64,000 nucleotides of DNA from Blastocatellia bacterium. GTDB lineage: Bacteria; Acidobacteriota; Blastocatellia; UBA7656. Position numbers and translations under genes: made by a program. Below the pieces are notes generated by a model. That model did not search any database and was not told the DNA's origin. It was given only the letters and a program-made list of their open reading frames with translations. This document shows, piece by piece, positions 37,723-46,090 of the stretch. The DNA lies in contig DASQDI010000068.1 in assembly GCA_035634255.1 (NCBI GenBank), positions 23,695 to 87,694 on the forward strand, written 5' to 3'. Numbering within the stretch: position 1 is the first letter of the stretch; every line of letters starts with the position of its first letter.

Positions 37723-39075
37723 TTGACCGCCCCGGAGAAATCCCACATCGGTTTCATTATGTTCATCCCACGCGGCAAGGCCATACATGAAAATCTTGCG
37801 ACGAGCTTCGTGCTGCTCGAGGCCCTCGTCGAGGACCTGTGCGAAGGCGGCTTTTCGGGGGCGGTCGAGATAACCCTGCGCGATACCGACGGCCACGTGA
37901 TAATAGACCGGGGGAAGCTGGCGGCCGCCATCGAAAGGCGGGAAGGCGGCGGCTACTCGCGAACGTCCGTGGCCGAGCTCGCGGCCATGTCGCGCCGCGA
38001 GCGGGGCCGCGTGTCGGTCTACGGGTTCTCGGAAGGCGTCGCCTCCGCCATCGCGAGTCGCTTCCTCGCGCAGCCCCTCTACACCAACCTGAGCACCGAT
38101 TTCGCCGACCTCGAAAAGATGCTTATGAAGCTCAGCCGCGAGCGGGACCGCCAGTGGTTCGTCGAAATCACCGTCGCCGGCGGCAAGGTCACGTTGATTC
38201 ACCTGATGGATGATCGTTGCCGGATCGTGACGGAAGAGGCGGAATCGCCGGGCTCCGACCGCGACGGCCTGGACCCGTCTGAGAACAGGGCGCTCGGAGA
38301 CCTGCTCTCCGAAGTCAACCGTCAGGGCGGTATGTTCGATGTCTACTTCGCGCGACTGGACGCGGCGGCTGACTCCGCGGAGACGCTCGGGCCGGAAGAA
38401 AAACTTCCCGAGCTGCGGGCCGACGAGCCGGAGCCTTCGACCACTCAACACGCTGCGCCTGCCATGCCCGTCACGGAAGACCCGCCCCGAGCCCCGTTTG
38501 ACGAGGACGCTCACACTCCTTTTCAAACGCCCGAGCCCGCTTCGACCGCGGGCGAGCCGGATAAACCGGATGAAATAGAACTGGGCGCGGACGCGAGCGA
38601 GAGCGCGCCCGACCCGACCCCCCCCGCGAGTGCGGGGCGGGCCGCCTCCCTGCCGCGCTCCGGCGCTCTGAAAGACGCGGAAGCGATGGTTGAGATCAAG
38701 CGGCTGATGGGAGAGATCGCCCGCACCATCGAGGTCTCCACGCAGGCAATCGAGCAGCGCGACAGCTTCTCGATGTACCTCCGCACGGGGCAATTGAAGA
38801 TCGCGGACCGCTACCCGTTCCTCGACCCGTTCGGGGCGGAGTTCGAATACCTCGGGGGCGAGATCGCCTTCGTCGGGCGGGCGAAACCCGAGGAGTTTAT
38901 CGCGGGGCTCACGGAAGCTCTCAGGCTCGCCGTGGTCGGCGTGGCCGAATCGAGCCTCCAGACTTCGCGGCTCCGGGCGCGAATCGCGGAAGACCTGCGC
39001 GGCCTCCTGGATCGCAACCGGGCCGAGCTGGAACGCTACGGCCTTGATGGCTCCATACAGGAGATTGTTGGGTAG
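37723..39075 (+). CDS. Hypothetical protein with DUF4388-like N-terminal domain(s) and a Pro/Glu-rich linker
   Basis: LATSFVLLEALVEDLCEGGFSGAVEITLRDTDGHVIIDRGKLAAA resembles the DUF4388 pattern. TTG start at 37723, or ATG at 37759. Stop TAG 39073-75 directly abuts repeat A. Confidence 0.5.
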   Translation: MTAPEKSHIGFIMFIPRGKAIHENLATSFVLLEALVEDLCEGGFSGAVEITLRDTDGHVIIDRGKLAAAIERREGGGYSRTSVAELAAMSRRERGRVSVYGFSEGVASAIASRFLAQPLYTNLSTDFADLEKMLMKLSRERDRQWFVEITVAGGKVTLIHLMDDRCRIVTEEAESPGSDRDGLDPSENRALGDLLSEVNRQGGMFDVYFARLDAAADSAETLGPEEKLPELRADEPEPSTTQHAAPAMPVTEDPPRAPFDEDAHTPFQTPEPASTAGEPDKPDEIELGADASESAPDPTPPASAGRAASLPRSGALKDAEAMVEIKRLMGEIARTIEVSTQAIEQRDSFSMYLRTGQLKIADRYPFLDPFGAEFEYLGGEIAFVGRAKPEEFIAGLTEALRLAVVGVAESSLQTSRLRARIAEDLRGLLDRNRAELERYGLDGSIQEIVG

Positions 39076-39232
39076 GGGCCGGTGGTCAGTAGTCGGGGGC
39101 CAGAGCGGGGGACGGCGGCCCTCAGTCCCGTTAATGATTCGAGACTCTCTTTATTGAATCCCTTTCGATTTAATCAAAATCCTCGGGAGCATCACCGGCT
39201 CCTGACCCCCGACCACTGACCACTGCCACCGC
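39076..39232. repeat. GC-armed hairpin repeat element, copy A (MITE/REP-like)
   Basis: Long inverted arms (GGTGGTCAGTAGTCGGGGG / CCCCCGACCACTGACCAC) flank a lower-GC core (…gattcgagactctctttattgaatccctttcgatttaatcaaaatcctcggga…). The core is shared with copies B and C. Confidence 0.7.
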
Positions 39233-40150
39233 TTCCGCGAAGGCTTCGGGCTCATTCCCGAATCTGTTGATCCACGTCACGCCGGGCCAGGCCCGCCACC
39301 AACTCAACTGGCGCTTGGCGTAGTGCCGCGTATCCAGCTTCATCTGATTGAGCGCGTCTTCGCGCGTGCGCACGCCGCGAAGGTGCTCGACGACGCGGCG
39401 GTAGCCGTGGGCCTGAAACGCCTTCGCATTCCACGGGACCCCCGACCCGATGAGCGACTCGACCTCCTCGACCAGCCCGGCTTCAAACATATGATCGGCC
39501 CGCTCGTTTATGCGGGCGTAGAGCAGGTTTCGCGGAGGGTTGAGGGCGATCACCCGGATTCGCGGGGCGAAGTCGGGCGGCTCGGGCGTGACGGGCTGCG
39601 CCTCCGACAACCGCTCGCCCGTTTGAAAATAGACTTCGACCGCGCGCATGGTGCGCGACCAGTCGCGCGGGCTCAGGCGCGAGGCCGACTGCGGGTCCAC
39701 GCGTCGAAGCAGGTCGTGCAGGTGGGTCGCGCCGCGCCGGTCGCGCAGCCGGATTAAACGGTCCCGAAGGCGCGGGTCGGTCTTCGGGCCTTCGAAAAGA
39801 GGCTGCACTATCGCCCTCAAGTAAAAGCCCGTGCCGCCCGCGAGCAGGGGGACGCGCCCGCGAGATTCGATCTCGCGGATGAGCTCCGTGGCCTCGCGCG
39901 CGTAATCGCCCGCGGTGAAATTCTCGACCGGCTCGACTATGTCGATCAGGTGGTGGGGGATCCCCTGCCGCTCCGCGGGGGGGACTTTCGCCGTGGCGAT
40001 CTGAATCCCGCGGTAGACCTGGACCGAGTCGAGATTGATGATCTCGCCGCCGAGGGCGCGCGCCAATTTTATGGCGAGCTCGCTCTTGCCGGAAGCCGTC
40101 GGGCCTACGATCACCGGTATTGGTCCGGGTCTTTTTTGATCTTCCATCAA
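39170..40150 (-). CDS. miaA: tRNA dimethylallyltransferase
   Basis: P-loop GPTASGKS and the DSVQVYRGIQIATAKV motif. The last ~17 codons (VVSGRGSGAGDAPEDFD*) are encoded by the right arm of repeat A. Confidence 0.9.
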   Translation of the reverse strand: MMEDQKRPGPIPVIVGPTASGKSELAIKLARALGGEIINLDSVQVYRGIQIATAKVPPAERQGIPHHLIDIVEPVENFTAGDYAREATELIREIESRGRVPLLAGGTGFYLRAIVQPLFEGPKTDPRLRDRLIRLRDRRGATHLHDLLRRVDPQSASRLSPRDWSRTMRAVEVYFQTGERLSEAQPVTPEPPDFAPRIRVIALNPPRNLLYARINERADHMFEAGLVEEVESLIGSGVPWNAKAFQAHGYRRVVEHLRGVRTREDALNQMKLDTRHYAKRQLSWWRAWPGVTWINRFGNEPEAFAEAVAVVSGRGSGAGDAPEDFD

Positions 40151-41088
40151 TCAGAGATTGCGTCGCCCGTCGAGAGGCGCGCCCCGTTGAGAAAGTCGCG
40201 CGCCGGTGTCCTCCGCTTCCCTTCGATCTGCAACTCCTCGATCAGGAGCGCGGAGCCTCCCGCGCAGGCGACCGTAAAGCCGGACTTGCCGGTCGCGGTT
40301 ATCGTCGCGGGCGCGGCCGAGGCGGGGAGGGCTTCGTCTTCGCGCGCGCGCCAGATGATAAGCCTCCCGCCGCGAAAGGTCGTGAAAGTTCCGGGCCACG
40401 GCTGGAAGGCCCGCACGCGGTTGACTATCTCTCGCGCGGGCATCCGCCAGTCTATCAACCCATCCTCACGTTTCAGGATGGGGGCATAGGTGGCGCGGGC
40501 GTCGTCCTGCGCTTCGGGGACCACCCCGCCGTCCGCGATGACCGGCAGCGTCTCCGACAGCAGGTCGGCCCCGACCCCCGCGAGTCTCGACAGGAGTTCG
40601 GGCGCGGTCTCTTCGGGGCCGATGGCGACGGAGCGCTTTGCGAACATCGGCCCGGTGTCGAGGCCCGCCTCCATCTGCATTATGGTGACGCCCGTCTCGC
40701 TCTCGCCGCGCGCGATGGCCCAGTTCACGGGGGCCGCGCCCCTGTACTTCGGCAGGAGAGATGCGTGGACGTTGATGCAGCCGAGCCTCGGGATCGCGAG
40801 CATCCACTCGGGCAGTATCTTCCCGTAAGCGGCGACGACGCAGGCGTCGGGCGCGACCTCGGCGAAGACGGCGCGCACCTCTTCGTTCGTTTTGATCCTG
40901 GCCGGCTGGTGGACCGCGAGGTTGTGTTCGAGCGCGAATGTCTTGACGGGGGGCGGCTGCAACTTATTGCCCCGGCCCGCGGGCTTGTCGGGCTGGGTGA
41001 ATACGGCCTCGACTTGGTGCCCCCCTTCGACGAGCCGCGCGAGCGACGGCACTGCGAATTCCGGGGTGCCCATGAAGATCAGTCTCAT
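40147..41088 (-). CDS. fmt: Methionyl-tRNA formyltransferase
   Basis: MRLIFMGTPEFAV...HASLLPKYRGAAPV is the Fmt signature. Its stop overlaps the miaA start. Confidence 0.9.
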   Translation of the reverse strand: MRLIFMGTPEFAVPSLARLVEGGHQVEAVFTQPDKPAGRGNKLQPPPVKTFALEHNLAVHQPARIKTNEEVRAVFAEVAPDACVVAAYGKILPEWMLAIPRLGCINVHASLLPKYRGAAPVNWAIARGESETGVTIMQMEAGLDTGPMFAKRSVAIGPEETAPELLSRLAGVGADLLSETLPVIADGGVVPEAQDDARATYAPILKREDGLIDWRMPAREIVNRVRAFQPWPGTFTTFRGGRLIIWRAREDEALPASAAPATITATGKSGFTVACAGGSALLIEELQIEGKRRTPARDFLNGARLSTGDAISD

Positions 41089-41110
41089 ACTCTATGTCAT
41101 ACCAGATAAA

Positions 41111-41262
41111 GGGGGCAGGGGCCAGTGGCCGGGGGTCAGGAGTCAGGGGCTAAAGGAGGAGCATTCCAGATCCTATTTACGGAATTCCGTTCGAGTAAAT
41201 CGAAATCTCGGGTGGCGTCCCCGGCTCCCGACTCCTGACCACTGGCCCCTGATCCTTGATCC
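41111..41262. repeat. GC-armed hairpin repeat element, copy B
   Basis: Arms CAGGGGCCAGTGGCCGGGGGTCAGGAGTCAGGGG / CCCGACTCCTGACCACTGGCCCCTG. Core cattccagatcctatttacggaattccgttcgagtaaatcgaaatctcggg. Lies between the divergent fmt (-) and dapA-like (+) starts. Confidence 0.7.
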
Positions 41263-41333
41263 CTCTATAATCTCAATTTACTGTCTTGGCTGAAACCATG
41301 CGGTGGGGCAAGGCGTAAAGTAGAGCGACGCAT

Positions 41334-42239
41334 ATGAAAAACATTCACCTGAACGGAATACTGCCGCCGCTGACCACGCCGTTCGATGACCGCGGAGACC
41401 TCGATTCAGAAGGGCTATCGGAGAACGTCTCGCGGTACAACGAGGCGGGGCTGGCGGGGTACGTGGCCCTCGGCTCGAACGGGGAGGCCGTACACCTTTC
41501 GGCGGACGAGCGGATGAAAGTCGTGGAGACGATCAGGCGCGCGGCCGCCCCTAATATGACTCTGGTGGTTGGAATCAACGAGAGCTCCGCCCGCGCGGCC
41601 ATCGAGGCGTCGAAGGCGGCGGCGGGCCTCGGCGCGGACGCGCTTCTGGTCATCACTCCGTATTTTTACAAATCTTTGATGACTCAGGAGACTCTGCTGA
41701 GATACTTTACCGAGGTTGCCGATAGTGTGCCCGTGCCTGTGTTGGTCTACAACGTGCCGCAGAATACGGGCGTCGTCATCGACCCCGCGACGATAGCGGC
41801 GCTGGGCGAGCACGAGCGGATCATCGGAGTGAAGGACAGCGCGGGCAATATGGGGGCCATCTCCAACACCATTCGTCTCACCCCTTCCGGGTTCGCCGTG
41901 ATGACAGGGAACGGGGGCATCCTTTACCCCTCGCTTATGATGGGAGCGACCGGGGCTATCCTGGCCGTCGCGTGCGCCGCGCCGCGCGCCTGCGTGGACC
42001 TGTATGACGCGACCCGCTCGGGCGACCACGCGAGGGCGCGCGAGCTTCAGAATCGTCTCGCGCCTCTATCGCACATAGTGACGGCGGGGCTGGGCGTCCC
42101 CGGGTTGAAGGCGGCCCTTGAGATGGCGGGGCTCGTCGGCGGGGCCCCCCGCTCTCCGCTAACTCCACTGGCCCCCGAGGGCAGGGAGAAGGTCAGGGCC
42201 ATAATGCGACAGACGGGGCTGTTCCCCGGTATGGAATGA
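41334..42239 (+). CDS. Dihydrodipicolinate synthase / N-acetylneuraminate lyase family (DapA-like) lyase
   Basis: Class I aldolase DHDPS-family motifs (GSNGE..., GVKDSAGN with Schiff-base Lys). Confidence 0.75.
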   Translation: MKNIHLNGILPPLTTPFDDRGDLDSEGLSENVSRYNEAGLAGYVALGSNGEAVHLSADERMKVVETIRRAAAPNMTLVVGINESSARAAIEASKAAAGLGADALLVITPYFYKSLMTQETLLRYFTEVADSVPVPVLVYNVPQNTGVVIDPATIAALGEHERIIGVKDSAGNMGAISNTIRLTPSGFAVMTGNGGILYPSLMMGATGAILAVACAAPRACVDLYDATRSGDHARARELQNRLAPLSHIVTAGLGVPGLKAALEMAGLVGGAPRSPLTPLAPEGREKVRAIMRQTGLFPGME

Positions 42240-42260
42240 CGTAGGTCGATTGGAATTCTA

Positions 42261-43970
42261 ATGAACGATCCCGAATGTAAAGACCTGGAAGCCGCAGCCG
42301 ACAGGCTCGCGGACGCCCTGCGATTCACGAGCATACCGCGCACGAGTCGCCTCTTTAATGACTTCCTTTACGACTATGAAAAGGTCGCGCGTTTTTACGC
42401 GAGCTGCGGGCGGTCCGTCTCGCCCCTGGCCGAGCACGCGCGCAAGGTGGGCGCGCAGGAGTTCGACCGCGCGCGCGTGCCCGACGCGCTTGAGCGGATA
42501 AACCGCCGCGCCGGCTCGTCCGAGCTCACCTTCAGGCACATAGAGATGCTCCGCCATCCGGGGTCGGTCGCCATCGTCACGGGCCAGCAGGCGGGGTTGT
42601 TCACCGGCCCGCTCTACACGATTCACAAGGCCCTGACCGTGATCAAGCTGGCCTCGTGTTTACGCGGGCAGGGGGTGGAAGCGGTGCCGGTGTTCTGGGT
42701 CGCGAGCGAAGACCACGACTACGAAGAGGTGAATCACGTCCGACTCGTCGATCAGGAAGGCAGGCTGAAAGAGATTCGTTACGAGCCGTCTGACCGTCCG
42801 CCCGACGTTCCGGTGGGCCGCGTACTCCTGACCGACAACATCTCCGAGGCCATCGACGAGTTCGTCTCGCAGCTCCCGCCGTCGGAGTTCATGCCCGAGA
42901 TCGAGCGGGACCTGCGGGAAGCCTACGCTCCGGGCACGGGGTTCGCGGACGCCTTCGCCAAATTGATGGCCCGCATGTTCAGGGACTACGGGGTGGTGCT
43001 GATCGACCCTCTCGATGAGGGGCTCAAGCAGGTGGCCGCGCCGCTCTACTCGCGCGCCATCGAGAAGTCGGGCGAGATCGCGCGCGCCCTGGTCGGGCGG
43101 AGCCGCGAGCTCGAAGAGGCGGGCTATCACGCGCAGGTCAAGGTGTCGGAAGACATGGTCCCGCTCTTCATCCTGGACGAAGGGCGGCGCGTGGCCCTGG
43201 TCGAGCACGAGGGCCGCTTCTGGGTGAAGGGGTCGAACCGCTCGTTCGACAGCCAGGAACTCGCGGACCTGGCGCGGCGCTGCCCGAACTGCTTCAGCCC
43301 GAACGTGACTATGAGGCCGGTCGTGCAGGACTACCTGCTGCCCGTCGCCTCATACGTCGGGGGGCCGGCCGAGGTCGCCTACTTCGCGCAACTGCGCGCG
43401 GTCTACGAGACGCTTGAGAGGCAGGAGCCGTGCGTGCTGCCGCGCGCGAGCTTCACCATAATCGAGGGGCGGCATCAGAAGACTTTGCAGAAGTACAACC
43501 TTAAGGTCGAAGACTTCTTCGAGGGCCTCCACCCCGCGATAACTAAGGTGGTCGAGGAGAGCCTCGACCGCGGCACCTCGCAAACTTTCGACGAGACGGA
43601 GCGCGTCTTCAACGAGCAGCTCGACAGGCTCGATGAGTCGCTGCGCCAGGCCGACTCCACGCTCGCCGACTCCGTGAAGCGCGCGAAGGAGAAAGTGCTT
43701 TACCAGATAGAGCACCTCCGCACGCGCTTCGTGCACGCGAGCGCGCGGCGCGAAGAGGCCGCCTTCCGGCAGGTCGAGCGGGCCTACACGACCCTCTTCC
43801 CTAACAAGAACCTTCAGGAGCGCGAGCTTAACGCTTACTACCTCCTCTCGCGCTACGGCCATAACCTGATCGAGGAGCTTTACGAGGCGGCCGACATCGG
43901 CTACTCGAACCACCGCCTGCTCTACGCGGGCGGCGTAGCCTCGCAGGTGGTGAATCAGGACCGCCGCTAG
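42261..43970 (+). CDS. bshC: Bacillithiol biosynthesis cysteine-adding enzyme BshC (YllA family)
   Basis: VTGQQAGLFTGPLYTIHKAL is the BshC signature. About 570 aa. The final codons and stop are embedded in the left arm of repeat C. Confidence 0.8.
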   Translation: MNDPECKDLEAAADRLADALRFTSIPRTSRLFNDFLYDYEKVARFYASCGRSVSPLAEHARKVGAQEFDRARVPDALERINRRAGSSELTFRHIEMLRHPGSVAIVTGQQAGLFTGPLYTIHKALTVIKLASCLRGQGVEAVPVFWVASEDHDYEEVNHVRLVDQEGRLKEIRYEPSDRPPDVPVGRVLLTDNISEAIDEFVSQLPPSEFMPEIERDLREAYAPGTGFADAFAKLMARMFRDYGVVLIDPLDEGLKQVAAPLYSRAIEKSGEIARALVGRSRELEEAGYHAQVKVSEDMVPLFILDEGRRVALVEHEGRFWVKGSNRSFDSQELADLARRCPNCFSPNVTMRPVVQDYLLPVASYVGGPAEVAYFAQLRAVYETLERQEPCVLPRASFTIIEGRHQKTLQKYNLKVEDFFEGLHPAITKVVEESLDRGTSQTFDETERVFNEQLDRLDESLRQADSTLADSVKRAKEKVLYQIEHLRTRFVHASARREEAAFRQVERAYTTLFPNKNLQERELNAYYLLSRYGHNLIEELYEAADIGYSNHRLLYAGGVASQVVNQDRR

Positions 43971-44092
43971 GCGGAAGGAAGGGGCATTTCAGATTCCCTT
44001 TATGGGATCCGTTTCGAGTAAATCGAAATCTCGGGTTCCACCACTGGTCCCTGGCTCCTGACTCCTGGCCGCTGAGGCCGGCCACTGATGCC
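43940..44092. repeat. GC-armed hairpin repeat element, copy C (left arm overlaps the bshC 3' end)
   Basis: Core catttcagattccctttatgggatccgtttcgagtaaatcgaaatctcggg is nearly identical to copy B. Right arm ccactggtccctggctcctgactcctggcc; the left-arm homolog lies within the bshC terminal codons. Confidence 0.6.
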
Positions 44093-44128
44093 TTGCCCTC
44101 TCCGTCCCGCGAAGATAAACTTTGCGAC

Positions 44129-45181
44129 ATGGGGACTACCGAAAGCAGACTGCCTTACTTCAAGCAGGTAAATACGCTCGCGCCGGTTGTTTCCAACCCG
44201 CCTGTCTGCCTTTATCTGGAGACGACGAATCGTTGCAATCTGCTTTGCCAGCATTGCCCGCGAACCTTCGCGTCGGTCGAGCGGCCCGCCGACCTCTCTT
44301 TCGAAAAGATGAAGATGATCGTCGAGCAGGTCCCGAACCTGAAGCAGGCCGTGCTGCACGGGATCGGGGAGCCTCTGATAAATAAAGAATTGCCGCAGAT
44401 CATCCGCTACCTCAAGGACCGCGGAGTCTACGTCCTCTTCAACTCCAACGGCACGATGCTCTACCCCCACATCCAGAAGGAGCTGATCGAGAGCGGCCTC
44501 GACGAGTACCGCGTGTCGCTCGACGCCGCCGACGCCGAGACGTTCGCGAAAGTGCGGGGGCTCCCGCGCTTCAATCTCATCGTCAAGAACGTGCGCGAAT
44601 TCGTCGCGCTCAAGAAAGAGCGGGGCGTCGAAAACCCGAAGCTCTCGCTCTGGCTCGTCGGTATGAAGGAGACGCTCGAAGAGTTGAACGCCTTCGTCCG
44701 GCTCGCGCGCGACATGGGCGTGGGGGAAGTCTACCTCCAGCGGCTCGTCTTCTTCGAGGATGGGCAGCACGGTCAGGGCCTCGCCCGCTCGGACCAGGCG
44801 TTGTTCGGCGCGGTGAGCGACGAGGAGGCCGGGCTCATCGCCGGGGCGCACGCCCTGGCCGACGAGATAGGGGTCGCTTTCCACGCGTCGGGGGCGGCCT
44901 CGCCCGAGCAGAGCTTGATGCCGCGCGACTCGGGGCAGCCGTGGAGCCTGTGCCGGCGGCCGTGGACTCTTATGTACATCACGGCGAACGGCAACGTCCT
45001 GCCCTGCTGCATCTCCCCATTCGCCGAGCGCGATTACGACTCGCTCATCTTGGGCAACGTCTTCGAGCGGCCCCTGATGGACATCTGGAACGATCACCTT
45101 TATCGGAAATTCAGGGACGACCTGCAAAGCGATCACCCTCCGAGCGCATGCAGGAACTGCGGCGTGCGATGGAGCCTGTGA
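44129..45181 (+). CDS. Radical SAM / SPASM-domain protein (orphan maturase-like)
   Basis: CxxxCxxC ([14 protein letters not shown]) and a Cys-rich C-terminal SPASM-like region (CRRPW...LPCCISPF...CRNCG). ATG at 44129; the track ORF starts at 44093. Confidence 0.75.
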   Translation: MGTTESRLPYFKQVNTLAPVVSNPPVCLYLETTNRCNLLCQHCPRTFASVERPADLSFEKMKMIVEQVPNLKQAVLHGIGEPLINKELPQIIRYLKDRGVYVLFNSNGTMLYPHIQKELIESGLDEYRVSLDAADAETFAKVRGLPRFNLIVKNVREFVALKKERGVENPKLSLWLVGMKETLEELNAFVRLARDMGVGEVYLQRLVFFEDGQHGQGLARSDQALFGAVSDEEAGLIAGAHALADEIGVAFHASGAASPEQSLMPRDSGQPWSLCRRPWTLMYITANGNVLPCCISPFAERDYDSLILGNVFERPLMDIWNDHLYRKFRDDLQSDHPPSACRNCGVRWSL

Positions 45182-45219
45182 GTCATCTCGATCATCAGGG
45201 AGTGAAAGGAGCCGGATTC

Positions 45220-46047
45220 ATGAAGCGAATCCTCATAACCGGGCTGTTGCTGGCAGCTTTGCCGCTCGGAGCTTTCGGGCAGGCGAAGGGGAGGAGGGCA
45301 GCGAGGGTTAACAGGGCCGGGCAGGCGTCCGCCGAGGCCGAGTTGAGAACGGCGCAACGCCAGTGGCTCGATGCGTACCTCAAGGGAGACGCCGTTCAGC
45401 TCGCGCGGCTCACAAGTGACGACTTCGTCTCGACCGGCCACGACGGGAAGGTCTCGGGTAAGGAAGAGGCGCTGGCCGTGGTGAAGGCGGGCAACGCCAC
45501 GCCCGACGCGATTGAGGCGGACGACATTCGCGTGCGCCTTTACGGCAACACGGCCGTCGTGACCGGGACCACCGCTTACAAAAAAGGCGGCAGCGTGGTG
45601 GGCCGGGTCAGGTACACGCAGGTCTGGGTTAAGCGCGCGCCCGGCCGCTGGCAGACGGTTTCATGGCATGGGACCGCGTACAGGCCCTCCTTGGCGGACG
45701 TGAAGGGGACGGTGACAACTCCGTCCGGCCTGAAGTATTTCGACCATGTGGTCGGCACGGGCGAGAGCCCGAAGCAGGGCCAGCAAGTCATCGTCCATTA
45801 CACCGGCACGCTCGAAGACGGGACTAAGTTCGACAGCTCGCTCGACAGGGGCCAGCCGTTCCAGTTCAACATCGGCATGGGGCAGGTAATAAGAGGGTGG
45901 GACGAAGGCTTGATGACGATGAAGGTCGGGGGCAAGCGCAGGCTCATCATCCCGCCCGACCTGGGTTACGGCGCGCGCGGCGCGGGGGGCGTAATTCCGC
46001 CCAACGCCACTCTCATATTCGAAGTGGAGTTGTTGGGCGTCAAGTGA
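45220..46047 (+). CDS. Secreted FKBP-type peptidyl-prolyl cis-trans isomerase fused to N-terminal DUF4440/SnoaL-like domain
   Basis: Signal peptide. NTF2-like domain. C-terminal FKBP motifs ([16 protein letters not shown]...[17 protein letters not shown]). GGAG SD before ATG 45220. Confidence 0.8.
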   Translation: MKRILITGLLLAALPLGAFGQAKGRRAARVNRAGQASAEAELRTAQRQWLDAYLKGDAVQLARLTSDDFVSTGHDGKVSGKEEALAVVKAGNATPDAIEADDIRVRLYGNTAVVTGTTAYKKGGSVVGRVRYTQVWVKRAPGRWQTVSWHGTAYRPSLADVKGTVTTPSGLKYFDHVVGTGESPKQGQQVIVHYTGTLEDGTKFDSSLDRGQPFQFNIGMGQVIRGWDEGLMTMKVGGKRRLIIPPDLGYGARGAGGVIPPNATLIFEVELLGVK

Positions 46048-46090
46048 TCCGGCGAGCGGATTAACAGGGGATTAACGGCGGCTAATTTTC

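Noticed and set aside
37522-38793. 423-aa minus-strand ORF
   Set aside because: Antisense to the DUF4388-like gene and the preceding gene. Arg/Gly-rich composition artefact.
43998-44057. 19-codon ORF (MGSVSSKSKSRVPPLVPGS) inside repeat copy C as a possible rSAM precursor peptide
   Set aside because: The reading frame is not conserved in copies A and B of the same element. It is probably fortuitous.
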